Virus record (IMG/VR): IMGVR_UViG_3300047476_001831
Location: 18,086 to 82,085 of that record
Reading direction: 5' to 3' (one strand)
Source of the DNA: a virus
DNA: 64,000 nucleotides
Of this stretch, positions 44,368 through 54,280 are shown piece after piece. Made by a program: the position numbers and the translations under genes. Every line of letters starts with the position of its first letter. The stretch's first letter is position 1. The notes under the pieces were generated by a model. The model saw only the letters and a program-made list of their open reading frames with translations, had not been told where the DNA came from and searched no databases.

Positions 44368-45882
44368 ATGACAGAAAAAAAATCATTAGTTGAAGAAGCA
44401 ATACTACAGATGAAAAATCTAGAAGAAGCTGTTGCTGAAAACGCAAAAGGAATACTTGCCTCTACTATGAGACAAGAAATCAAAGACTTGGTAAAAGAAT
44501 CTCTCAAAGAAGAAGAAGACGATGAAGAGATTGAAAGTGATGACGAAATGGAAGATTCAGAAGACATAGCTGACATCGAGTTCTCTGATGAAGATGAAGA
44601 CATGGACGAAATGGACATGGATGATGAAATGGAGGATGAAGATGAAATGGATATGGAAGATGAAGATGAAATGGATATGTCTGAACTTGATATGGAGGGT
44701 GACACAATAGACCTCACAAATCAACCTACATCACAAGTGCTTAAAGTTTTCAAACTTTTGAGTCCTGAAGATGAAATTATTGTTACTAAGGACGATTCTG
44801 GAAACATCAATCTTAAAGACAATGCAACCGATAAGGAATATATGATTGTTTCTGAAGGTGAATTTGGAATGGATGAAGAGATGTACGAAATGGAAGACGA
44901 AATGTACGAAATGGATGACATGGGAAAAGAAATGTACGAAATGGAAGACGAAATGTACGAAATGAATCACATGGATGAAGAAATGTACGAAATGGAGGAC
45001 GAACTAAACATCGAAGATGAATTAGAAGATGTTTTCAGTGAAGAAGATACTGAAACAATTTATGAGGTTGAATTAGATGACGAATCTGAATTTGATTTAG
45101 ATGAAATGGATTCTGAAGAAGAGGAATTTATGATGGAATCTAAAAAAATGAAAAAAGGATTCAAACCTAAAGGAATGAACTTAGGCGATGCAAAATCTTA
45201 TAAAATTTCACCAAAACCAAATATGGAAGGTGGTTTCAAAGTTGTAAAAACTAAAGCTGACAAAACTATGGGAACTGGAAGTGCATCTTCTTTCAAATAT
45301 GGTAAAGTTGATGATGGTGATTTCAAAATCAAACCTAAAGCTAGAAAAGAAACTAAAGAAGGTATGATGAAAATGCCTAAGAAAATGGAAACAAAAGAGG
45401 CTTCTCGTACTTATGCAATGGGTTCTAAAAGTGGTCGTGGTTTAAGAAAAGGTATTACACCTAATAGAAATCTTACATTTGAATCTACAGATTCTCAAGA
45501 ATTGAATCTACTTAGAGAAAAAAATGAAGAGTACAGAAAAGCATTAAATATTTTTAGAAATAAACTTAATGAAGTTGCAATCTTTAATTCAAACTTGGCG
45601 TACGCAACAAGATTGTTTACAGAACACTCAACTTCTAAACAAGAAAAAATTAATATTCTAAAAAGATTTGATGGTGTTGAAACTCTTAAAGAATCTAAAA
45701 ATCTTTATAAAGTTATAAAAGACGAATTATCAAGTAATATTTCACAACCAATTACTGAATCTGTTGAAAGAACAATTGAAAAAACACCTTCAACTGGTTC
45801 TGCAATTAACTTGATTGAATCAAAAACTTACGAAAATCCTCAATTCATGAGAATGAAGGATTTAATGTCAAAATTAAAATAA
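44368..45882 (+). CDS. Prohead scaffolding protein (gp22-like position)
   Basis: Highly acidic, coiled-coil C-terminus, directly upstream of capsid gene. Confidence 0.75.
   Translation: MTEKKSLVEEAILQMKNLEEAVAENAKGILASTMRQEIKDLVKESLKEEEDDEEIESDDEMEDSEDIADIEFSDEDEDMDEMDMDDEMEDEDEMDMEDEDEMDMSELDMEGDTIDLTNQPTSQVLKVFKLLSPEDEIIVTKDDSGNINLKDNATDKEYMIVSEGEFGMDEEMYEMEDEMYEMDDMGKEMYEMEDEMYEMNHMDEEMYEMEDELNIEDELEDVFSEEDTETIYEVELDDESEFDLDEMDSEEEEFMMESKKMKKGFKPKGMNLGDAKSYKISPKPNMEGGFKVVKTKADKTMGTGSASSFKYGKVDDGDFKIKPKARKETKEGMMKMPKKMETKEASRTYAMGSKSGRGLRKGITPNRNLTFESTDSQELNLLREKNEEYRKALNIFRNKLNEVAIFNSNLAYATRLFTEHSTSKQEKINILKRFDGVETLKESKNLYKVIKDELSSNISQPITESVERTIEKTPSTGSAINLIESKTYENPQFMRMKDLMSKLK
44869..45003 (+). 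repeat. In-frame tandem repeat (E)MYEM
   Basis: ATGTACGAAATG occurs five times. Confidence 0.8.
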
Positions 45883-45922
45883 TAAATCAATAAACTCGCT
45901 AAAAAACAAAAACAAATACAAA

Positions 45923-47779
45923 ATGGGAGCATTATTAGAATCGGGTCTTGTTGGTAACATTGGTTTGAAACACCTTAAAGTTATCAAAGAAGATACTATC
46001 AACAAATGGGATAAATTAGGATTCCTTGAAGGTCTTAAAGGCCACCTAAAAGAAAACGTAGCTCAGTTATATGAAAACCAAGCTTCTTTCCTTATCAACG
46101 AAGCAACTTCTGATGGATCATCTGGTTCATTCGAAACTGTTGTTTTCCCTATCGTAAGAAGAGTTTTCTCTAAATTGTTAGCTAACGACATCGTATCTGT
46201 ACAAGCTATGAACTTACCTATCGGTAAATTGTTCTACTTCGTACCTAAAATCCAAGGTTATAGTGGTGGTACTTATAACGGAATTATTGGTAATTCAGGT
46301 GAGCACTACGCTCCTGTAGGAAGTCCTGGTAATTATCCTGGTGTACCTACTTCTGGTTATACTGTAGGTGATGGTACTTATAACCCAACTTACGTAAAAA
46401 ATCTTTATGATTTATTTTATGAAGGAAACGAAGCAGGTCTTAACCCAGCTGGTTTGTTTGACTATTCAAAAGGTCAATGGACTGCAGTTACAGCTTCAGC
46501 TACAACTCAAACTTGGTCAAATGGTGAAATTGTTGACTTCGAAATTACCGAACAAACTAATATTAGAAAGGTTTTAGTTAAAGTATGTGGTTTCCAATAC
46601 GATGGTGTTGGTAAACTTATCGCTCCAGATGGTTCTGAAGTTGATACAGAAACATTCTTATCTGACCTTAAAGTAATTAGAGGTGCCGGTCTTTCTGCTA
46701 CTACTTCACCTTGTGATGTAATTGGTTGGGAAACTAACACATATCCAAACTTATTGTTTAGAGTTGTAACTCAACAATATGGAAAAGGTATTGTTCAACC
46801 TACTTCAGTTTCTAGAACAACTTCATTCCCTACAAATGGTGGTGGTACTTATAACGACACTTGTATCCAAGATGGTTGTATGTTAATTGAGGTTGACTTA
46901 TCTTGTCCAGCTTGTGCTGATTGTGGTTCATCTTCTTTAGATGGTTACACAGGTACAACTATCATGTCAGCTTCTTCGGCTACTTCTTTCACAGTTGTTT
47001 ATAGAAGATACCAAGAACTTGAATTTGAAGACAAAATTGGTGAGGTTTCTTTCGACCTTGAATCAGTAACTGTTTCTGTAACTGAAAGAAAATTAAGAGC
47101 TCAATGGTCTCCTGAACTTGCTCAAGACGTTGCTGCATTCCACAACATCGATGCTGAAGCTGAATTAACTGCTCTTCTTTCTGAGCAAGTTGCTGCTGAA
47201 ATCGACCGTGAAATCTTACGTGACTTGAGAAAAGGTGCAGCTTGGAACTTGAGATGGGACTACAACGGATGGAGAAGAATCTCTACTGGTACTGTAGCTT
47301 ACACTCAAAAAGACTGGAACCAAACTCTTATCACAGCTATCAACCAACTTTCTGCTCAAATCCACAAATCAACTCTTAGAGGTGGTGCTAACTGGATTGT
47401 TGTTTCTTCTGAGGTTTCTGCAATCTTTGATGACTTGGAATACTTCCACGTATCAAATGCTTCTCCTGAGCAAGACCAATACAACATGGGTATTGAAAGA
47501 GTAGGTACATTAGCTGGTAGATACCAAGTATATCGTGACCCTTACTTCCCACCTAACCAAGTGTTAATCGGACATAAAGGTACATCACTTCTTGATACTG
47601 GTTACATCTACGCTCCGTATGTTCCACTTCAATTAACTCCAACAATGTATAATCCGTTCAACTTTACACCAATCAAAGGTATCATGACTAGATACGCTAA
47701 AAAGATGGTAAATAACAGATTTTACGGAAGAATTACTGTTGATGGTGTTAGAACATTTGACTTACAAGAATTGAGATAA
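45923..47779 (+). CDS. gp23: Major capsid protein (T4 gp23-like)
   Basis: VQAMNLP, RKLRAQWSPELAQD, AEIDREI, YAPYVPL, P.KGIMTRYA. Confidence 0.96.
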   Translation: MGALLESGLVGNIGLKHLKVIKEDTINKWDKLGFLEGLKGHLKENVAQLYENQASFLINEATSDGSSGSFETVVFPIVRRVFSKLLANDIVSVQAMNLPIGKLFYFVPKIQGYSGGTYNGIIGNSGEHYAPVGSPGNYPGVPTSGYTVGDGTYNPTYVKNLYDLFYEGNEAGLNPAGLFDYSKGQWTAVTASATTQTWSNGEIVDFEITEQTNIRKVLVKVCGFQYDGVGKLIAPDGSEVDTETFLSDLKVIRGAGLSATTSPCDVIGWETNTYPNLLFRVVTQQYGKGIVQPTSVSRTTSFPTNGGGTYNDTCIQDGCMLIEVDLSCPACADCGSSSLDGYTGTTIMSASSATSFTVVYRRYQELEFEDKIGEVSFDLESVTVSVTERKLRAQWSPELAQDVAAFHNIDAEAELTALLSEQVAAEIDREILRDLRKGAAWNLRWDYNGWRRISTGTVAYTQKDWNQTLITAINQLSAQIHKSTLRGGANWIVVSSEVSAIFDDLEYFHVSNASPEQDQYNMGIERVGTLAGRYQVYRDPYFPPNQVLIGHKGTSLLDTGYIYAPYVPLQLTPTMYNPFNFTPIKGIMTRYAKKMVNNRFYGRITVDGVRTFDLQELR

Positions 47780-47800
47780 TCAATCTTAAGTAATATTGAC

Positions 47801-47834
47801 GAGAGGGACAAGTTTTTGTCCCTCTTTTTTTTTT
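47801..47834 (+). terminator. Intrinsic terminator after capsid gene
   Basis: GAGGGACAA/TTGTCCCTC plus T-tract. Confidence 0.85.
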
Positions 47835-47871
47835 ATCAAGTTATTGATATTTATTAATAAAATAATTTAAT

Positions 47872-48714
47872 ATGCAAAAGAAATTATATTTCCTAAATGA
47901 GGAAGAGAAAAATAGAATATTAAATCTACACGAAGGTAGAACGAAAAATCAATATTTGATAAATGAACAAATATATGATTTTGCAGGTAAAAGTGGTGAT
48001 GACCCAAAAACAATAACATTAAAAAGTTTTATGACAACAGTTGTTGGACAAAAAGGAAAAATATCAACTTTTTTCCAAAACTTCCCAACAAGTGAACCCA
48101 ATGTCTATAAAAATTTACCTGATACTATCAAAACATCTATTAAAGAATGGTCTAATTATCCTTGTGTAACAAATTCACTAAATGTAAAACCTTTTTTAAC
48201 TAAACAAAATTACATAGCTTTTGTAGGTGGAGGATACAATTGGTTTGCTAATGGGAGGAGGGGAAATATAACGAGTGGTGAGATAGATGATTTTTATTGT
48301 GAAGGTGGAAAAACTGTTAGTGGTTTGGGTGGATGGAAAAAATTCCCTTGTGTATTTAATAACCCAAGTGCGATTGATTATCAGACAAGACAAAAACCTA
48401 CAGAAAAATCTGATTGGATTGAAATTGGTAAAATAGTTTATGGTAAAGTAGGTAAAAAATTTACAGATGGAGATAATCAAAACCAAACTAATTACACTTG
48501 TGAAACTGAAACAAGTCTTAAACAAGGTGGTGGTTCAACTGGAGGTGGAACAAACCAAGTTGCTGGAGGTACTATATTAGCACAAGTTGTGACCCCACAA
48601 GTTGTTACTCAACTAAGAACATTAGGTGGTTTAACTGATACAGCACAAACACTAACTCAAAAAGATATTAATGATTTGTACACAATGTTTTATAATCAAC
48701 TTCCAAAAAAATAA
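47872..48714 (+). CDS. Probable virion protein with two W..(Y/F)PCV domains
   Basis: N-terminal LNEEEKNRILNLHE; repeated domain. Confidence 0.65.
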   Translation: MQKKLYFLNEEEKNRILNLHEGRTKNQYLINEQIYDFAGKSGDDPKTITLKSFMTTVVGQKGKISTFFQNFPTSEPNVYKNLPDTIKTSIKEWSNYPCVTNSLNVKPFLTKQNYIAFVGGGYNWFANGRRGNITSGEIDDFYCEGGKTVSGLGGWKKFPCVFNNPSAIDYQTRQKPTEKSDWIEIGKIVYGKVGKKFTDGDNQNQTNYTCETETSLKQGGGSTGGGTNQVAGGTILAQVVTPQVVTQLRTLGGLTDTAQTLTQKDINDLYTMFYNQLPKK

Positions 48715-48723
48715 TTTATAGAT

Positions 48724-49221
48724 ATGACAAGATTTAGAATAACAGAAAGTGATAGAAATGAGATTTTAGAACTACATAAAAAGTATAAAATTAATGAAGC
48801 TAGTACAGGTGTTGCTGTACCTGCTACTAATGCTGAAATGGTTGGTGGAAAAACTGTTACAAATACACCAGCAGTACCAGCTACTCAAGTTCAAAATTAT
48901 ACAATTACACAATTACAAGATTTATTGAACCAAAGGGGTTATAATGTAGGAAAAGCTGATGGTTTTTTTGGTAAAAATACTTTGGCTCAAATACAAGCTG
49001 CTTTGGCTGCAACGAAGACATCACAAGGAGCTCTTGCACAACAACAAGCTGCTCAAGGTACAATAACTCAAACAGGTGCACAAAATCAGTCACCAGTTGC
49101 AGGTCTTCCAGTACCAGAACCACAAAAATCTAATGAACCTGAAATTAAAATACCAAAACCTTATGTTAGTGGACAAGTCACTGACAAAACAGGAACTATA
49201 CCAGATTTATTCAAAAAATAA
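48724..49221 (+). CDS. Peptidoglycan-binding domain protein
   Basis: LQDLLNQRGYNVGKADGFFGKNT (PG_binding_1). Confidence 0.8.
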   Translation: MTRFRITESDRNEILELHKKYKINEASTGVAVPATNAEMVGGKTVTNTPAVPATQVQNYTITQLQDLLNQRGYNVGKADGFFGKNTLAQIQAALAATKTSQGALAQQQAAQGTITQTGAQNQSPVAGLPVPEPQKSNEPEIKIPKPYVSGQVTDKTGTIPDLFKK

Positions 49222-49440
49222 TTAACTAGGTTCATTTTTACTAAGAACTCTTATGGATTTGGATATAACTTCAGATTCAGCTAAAGAGTATAATCCATTT
49301 TGATAAGCATAATTTACCGCTTGTACCAAAAGATATATTGCTTGTTCTCTATCTAAAACATCTAATAATGTTTGTAGATGGTCTTCAGTTAACAGTGGTA
49401 CTGAGTTGAATAGTTTTCCGAATAATTTTTCTTCTTGCAT
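49222..49440 (-). CDS. Hypothetical protein
   Basis: ORF. Confidence 0.65.
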   Translation of the reverse strand: MQEEKLFGKLFNSVPLLTEDHLQTLLDVLDREQAIYLLVQAVNYAYQNGLYSLAESEVISKSIRVLSKNEPS

Positions 49441-49469
49441 AGATATTTATAAATAAATTATATTATCCA

Positions 49470-50405
49470 ATGATAAGACAAATTGTTGATAAAATCAAAC
49501 AAGAATTGATAAAAGAGGCAACATCTGATTCTTCAGGTAGTAGAGGTTCTTTTGTTGTACCATTGAGACCTGGAAAAAGAATATTTGATAAATCACAATT
49601 GGGTCCATTTACCGATTCTGTATCAAAATACTATAGTCAACATTTAGCAACTGACAGTTATGATGGTAGTATGGATACACCTAAGAAAGATATTAAAAAA
49701 ATTGAGTCTAAAGCTAAGAAAGCTTCAATTTATGCTAAGAATCATCCAGTGAGAAACGATGATGATGGTGATGTAATTAATCCATTCCCAGGTCACGATA
49801 TTAAAAGACCCTCGTTAGAAGAAAGAATAAAACCCTATATAAAAAAAATAAATGAAGCGACATCTGGTTATGGGGGTGAATACAACGCACCAATTGAAAT
49901 TGGTATGAAAAAATGGAAGAATCCTGAATTACAACCATTTTCAGATTTTGTTGATACCGATATAAACCATATTAAAATCAAATCCACAACTAAAGATAAT
50001 ATTAAAAAAACTGTTGGTATGTGGGAAAAGGGAAGGGATGGAAGTTATAAACTTGATAAACATTATGTTCATACAGTTAATGAATGGAAATATGAAGAAG
50101 CTCCAATATTAACAGAGGATTTAGCAGTATGGTTTGGTACTAAGAAAAAACCCAAGGGGTCATCACAACCAAAAGGACCTTGGGTTAATATATGTAGAAA
50201 GGTTGATGGAAAACATCCCCCTTGTGGAAGAAGTGAAGCAGATACAAAAGGATATCCAAAATGTAGAGCAGCTGGTGTTGCTGGTAAAATGACTGATACT
50301 GAAAAAAAATCAGCTTGTGCTCAAAAACGTAGAGAAGAAAAAAAAGACCCCAAAGTTGGTAAGGGGAATAAACCAACAATGGTGTCTTACAAACCTAAGA
50401 AATAA
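49470..50405 (+). CDS. Hypothetical protein with basic Cys-containing C-terminal domain
   Basis: EDLAVWF...WVNI...PCGRS...YPKCR. Confidence 0.65.
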   Translation: MIRQIVDKIKQELIKEATSDSSGSRGSFVVPLRPGKRIFDKSQLGPFTDSVSKYYSQHLATDSYDGSMDTPKKDIKKIESKAKKASIYAKNHPVRNDDDGDVINPFPGHDIKRPSLEERIKPYIKKINEATSGYGGEYNAPIEIGMKKWKNPELQPFSDFVDTDINHIKIKSTTKDNIKKTVGMWEKGRDGSYKLDKHYVHTVNEWKYEEAPILTEDLAVWFGTKKKPKGSSQPKGPWVNICRKVDGKHPPCGRSEADTKGYPKCRAAGVAGKMTDTEKKSACAQKRREEKKDPKVGKGNKPTMVSYKPKK

Positions 50406-50847
50406 TTGTAATTTTTGATTGGGTCAAATCTTTAATTGATTTGACCTTTTTGATTATGTTATCCAATGAGTGTTCAATTTGGGACATAATTTGGTCTTCA
50501 TATTCTTGACGAATAGTTTCCACTTTTCCATCATACATTTTGGATAATCTTTCCCAATTTCTTTCACTTACAACAACATCATAATGATAGACGTGGTTTG
50601 TAATACTGATTGTTCCGTGGTCTAATATACAGAACAAATCCAATTCAGCATTTTTAATATAACGTTTACCACTTAGAGGTGCCATTAAAAACTTTGATTC
50701 TGGGTGGGTAATTAGTGAACGTGCAATTGACATACACATTTTTTGTGTATCGGATTTCTTTTGTTCTTGTTTGGTTAATGAATTTCTATTAAATTGTAAC
50801 CATTTAACGTAAGCTCTTTTAAGTAATCTTGTGACGATGTTTTTCAT
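50395..50847 (-). CDS. Hypothetical protein
   Basis: ORF. Confidence 0.7.
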   Translation of the reverse strand: MKNIVTRLLKRAYVKWLQFNRNSLTKQEQKKSDTQKMCMSIARSLITHPESKFLMAPLSGKRYIKNAELDLFCILDHGTISITNHVYHYDVVVSERNWERLSKMYDGKVETIRQEYEDQIMSQIEHSLDNIIKKVKSIKDLTQSKITIIS

Positions 50848-50903
50848 AGTTTATACTTGTGATTTGATTGACCACAAATATAAGGAGGGTTTTTGATAAA
50901 ACA

Positions 50904-50936
50904 AAAAAAAAGGTAGAAAAATATTCTACCTTTTTT
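50904..50936. terminator. Hairpin flanked by A- and T-tracts (bidirectional-type terminator)
   Basis: AAAAGGTAGAA/TTCTACCTTTT. Confidence 0.7.
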
Positions 50937-50954
50937 ATATGAAAAAAATAGTGA

Positions 50955-51422
50955 TTAACAATAAGGTGGTGAACATTTCTTTTTACCATCTAAACCCTTG
51001 AATCTTCCCTTACATACTTGTACGGCAAACGCATTCGCATAAGCACTGGGATACACCTTAAATTTGGCCTTGGCAGCACTTTTTCCTCTTGCACATAGTT
51101 TCGTACCTGTTTTCTTTTTTCCTTCCATCATAACCGATTCTTCATCATCATAAAATTGATCAGTATATTGAGTTTCATTCATTAGAAAGTCAAATACTTG
51201 GTCTAAGTTTTCTTTTGCTGTTGCAATATGGTCATCAGCCCAATCGTGGCCACCTTGAAGTATTTTCTCAACTTCCATTGGGTCTAATTCCAACAATAAT
51301 TGAGCTTGTCTAATCATTTGTTCAAGGTTACTGAAGAACATATAATTTTGTATTTTTCCGTAATCTTTTTCGGTAACTATTTTTTTAACTAAGTTGTTAA
51401 GTTGTGATTCTGTGATTCTCAT
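50955..51422 (-). CDS. Hypothetical protein with DUF5872-like C-terminus
   Basis: MRITESQL start; AKAKFKVYPSAYAN motif. Confidence 0.6.
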   Translation of the reverse strand: MRITESQLNNLVKKIVTEKDYGKIQNYMFFSNLEQMIRQAQLLLELDPMEVEKILQGGHDWADDHIATAKENLDQVFDFLMNETQYTDQFYDDEESVMMEGKKKTGTKLCARGKSAAKAKFKVYPSAYANAFAVQVCKGRFKGLDGKKKCSPPYC

Positions 51423-51435
51423 TTTTTTATTTTAT

Positions 51436-54255
51436 TTAAGAGTTTAATCCGTTTTGTCCTCCAAGTAAAACAGCATCAAGTAAAGTAACTGCTCTACCAT
51501 TTCCATCAGTCCAAGTTGGGTGAGGTACAGCTACTTTAACTATTGTACTACCACTATCACAAGGACAACATATTTGACAAGCAAAATATTCAGTTCCTGC
51601 TGAAATTGGGTCAAATGTTGGGAATCGTTCACCTAATCTGCAGAAAAGTTGGTTTATGTAAAAATTTTTAGGTTCAAATAATGGGTTAACATTATCAATC
51701 GGACAAGTATTTACAACTTGATAACAAATACCATTTGAGTCACTTATAACTTGATTTGGTAAACCATATGGGAAACCTGTGATTTCCAACCAATTATTTA
51801 AAGTTACATTGACTTGTTGTGGTACTAAAGTATCACAATTGATGACAGTTAAACCAATTGTTGCACCTGAAGAACATTCTTCACAAGATCCGTATATTTC
51901 TGGGTTTGCTTCGAAAACTATAGTTTCACCATATTGGGCGAAAGTATATACATCAATAATTTCAAAACATAACCAGTCTGAGTTACCCCAATGTGAACGA
52001 ACGTAGTCACCTATATTATAAGTTCCACCAGTTGATACTAAAATACCATCGAAAACACCAGTACAATCTTGACAATAAAATAATTGATGTGTCGTTCCAG
52101 TACAAGTTTCACAATCTTGATAATGAATTATACTAGGGTAATTAGTAAGACCGAAAAGATATGAATCTATATTAGTTACACTTTGGATTTGTGTAATTTC
52201 ACAACAAGCACTTAATATAGGATTGAAGAATGTATTACCTAATTGTAGTCGTTCATTTGACGTTGTTTCTCCTGATACAAAATCTGTTGTACAACCTAAT
52301 TCAAATGTTTGTAAATATGAACTGAACCACGTTTCACCTAAACTATTTGTATCAATTCCGTAAACTTGACTTATGCCATCATTACCTAAATTGTTATATG
52401 TTTTTAATAATGTATCTGTTGATACATCAAATTCGTAAATGAGATTACAACTTAAATCTGTGGCATAAAGTCTATTGTTGGTGGGGTTATATTTTATTTT
52501 ATTTTGAATATTACTACAAGAAGAATAAATTACTATTATAAAAGTGTTTGATAATACATTAAATTTAATATAGAAACCACTATTCGTTGAAATGTATAAA
52601 ATGTTATTACTAGGATTATATGTAAATGATTCTGGTGTTGTGCCTAAAGAATATTGATTTACAAATGTCCAACTTGGTGATTGATTATATATTTCTAATG
52701 TATTGTTAGAAGAGTTAAGTGTATAAATCAATGAACCAATTTGAATGATATCTTTGTAACTAGTAAATGTATTACCAAACCCCCCAACAAAAGACATCGT
52801 ATTATGAGATGTCCCACTATATACTAAAATTGTTGCTGCTATTGGAAATCCAATAGATGATGTAGTAACATAAAAATATCCATCATTAGGGTTAAAATAA
52901 ACTTTTTTAGGAATAGCCCCTGATATTGTTAAATTAGTATACGGAGATAAATTAGTATAATCAAAAAAAGTGACATTATAGTTTGGCGATGAAAAAGTAC
53001 TAGTATTTGAAACACAAATTACACCATTTATTTCATCAATGTCCAAACTTTCTGGATTGATTAATACTGAATTAGATTGTTCCACCACCGAAAGTGTTGT
53101 CAAATCAATTTTCCCAATTCTATTTGAATCTCCAAAAGGAATGAAAGCAAAGTTACTCGAATCTATTTTAAAATCTCTTCCTCTGTATAGACCCAAATTT
53201 CCATAGTTTATAAGATTGATTGGTCCACAAACTTCAAGTTGTTCACAAGTTACGTAATCATAAATTAATCCATAACATTCCAAACAATCCTCACAATCTC
53301 CTTGTGGGTCAAAATTAGCTAATTCATTAAGAGTAACAGGTTCACTGGGTGGTACAACATCAGGACTAATTTCATAACAACCATCACCAAAAGATAAATG
53401 TGTTGAAATACCTGGTTCGAAAAGAGATGAAGCCCAAACAATTTGATCAGGACCTCCCAAACAATTAACTAACTTTTTCTTTTCGTTTACATTTGATAGA
53501 CAATCATCACAATTGTTATTTGTGTCATTATATAAACCTAAGTCAGTTACAAATAAATGATTTGCTGGTGGGCTTGATTGTTCTCTAACGACTCCACAAT
53601 ATTGAGTTAAACCATCTAAACCTGTAAAGGTAATTAAATGATCCTTATAACCACTTGAAGGTAATGATACAACAATTGTTGTAATTGTTGTTGTACAAGG
53701 TTCTACAAAATAAAACAACGGTGAGTTGTCGATACAAGTTTGACAATCAGTTTGACTACTATAACTAGTAAGGAAAATTTCAGCTAGTAAACCAAAAAAA
53801 CTAAAACCAACGAATGTAAAACAACCTTGATATTGTTGTGTTTCTCCGAAACCACCAATGTAGAAATCTAAAAAATAAACCTCATCTATTGTTGGTGTTG
53901 GTGTAATTTGATTTATTGGGATGTATATACTACTAATCCCATTTGAAGCATTACAAATGGTAAACTCAAGAAAATTAGAATTAGCTGCTAGACAATCTGT
54001 ACAACCATTTGGTTCAGATGCACCATAAGATGTAATAATTTCAACATTCACTACACCCATTGGATTAGGTTTGAAATTCTGAACTATGTAACAACCCAAT
54101 TCTAAACAACCAAATACAGTATTTTCACAACCTGTTGCACCGCTCATGGTATATACATTACCCACTATTGGAGTTATAAGAGTATCATCGATATTGAAAT
54201 CACGTCTAAGAAATTGACCTGAACAATCTGAAAGTTGTAAATTAATAGTTGCCAT
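51436..54255 (-). CDS. Cys-rich structural protein with central beta-propeller (paralogue A)
   Basis: Repeated C..CL motifs; YVTN/YncE-like blades. Confidence 0.7.
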   Translation of the reverse strand: MATINLQLSDCSGQFLRRDFNIDDTLITPIVGNVYTMSGATGCENTVFGCLELGCYIVQNFKPNPMGVVNVEIITSYGASEPNGCTDCLAANSNFLEFTICNASNGISSIYIPINQITPTPTIDEVYFLDFYIGGFGETQQYQGCFTFVGFSFFGLLAEIFLTSYSSQTDCQTCIDNSPLFYFVEPCTTTITTIVVSLPSSGYKDHLITFTGLDGLTQYCGVVREQSSPPANHLFVTDLGLYNDTNNNCDDCLSNVNEKKKLVNCLGGPDQIVWASSLFEPGISTHLSFGDGCYEISPDVVPPSEPVTLNELANFDPQGDCEDCLECYGLIYDYVTCEQLEVCGPINLINYGNLGLYRGRDFKIDSSNFAFIPFGDSNRIGKIDLTTLSVVEQSNSVLINPESLDIDEINGVICVSNTSTFSSPNYNVTFFDYTNLSPYTNLTISGAIPKKVYFNPNDGYFYVTTSSIGFPIAATILVYSGTSHNTMSFVGGFGNTFTSYKDIIQIGSLIYTLNSSNNTLEIYNQSPSWTFVNQYSLGTTPESFTYNPSNNILYISTNSGFYIKFNVLSNTFIIVIYSSCSNIQNKIKYNPTNNRLYATDLSCNLIYEFDVSTDTLLKTYNNLGNDGISQVYGIDTNSLGETWFSSYLQTFELGCTTDFVSGETTSNERLQLGNTFFNPILSACCEITQIQSVTNIDSYLFGLTNYPSIIHYQDCETCTGTTHQLFYCQDCTGVFDGILVSTGGTYNIGDYVRSHWGNSDWLCFEIIDVYTFAQYGETIVFEANPEIYGSCEECSSGATIGLTVINCDTLVPQQVNVTLNNWLEITGFPYGLPNQVISDSNGICYQVVNTCPIDNVNPLFEPKNFYINQLFCRLGERFPTFDPISAGTEYFACQICCPCDSGSTIVKVAVPHPTWTDGNGRAVTLLDAVLLGGQNGLNS

Positions 54256-54280
54256 AATTTTTTATTTATAAATATAATAA

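Noticed and set aside
44259-44970. Ser-rich and His-rich antisense ORFs
   Set aside because: Reverse-strand shadows of GAA/GAT/ATG-rich scaffold codons; the same applies to most short antisense ORFs in the track
44869-45003. Tandem repeat as CRISPR or regulatory array
   Set aside because: In-frame coding repeat within the acidic scaffold
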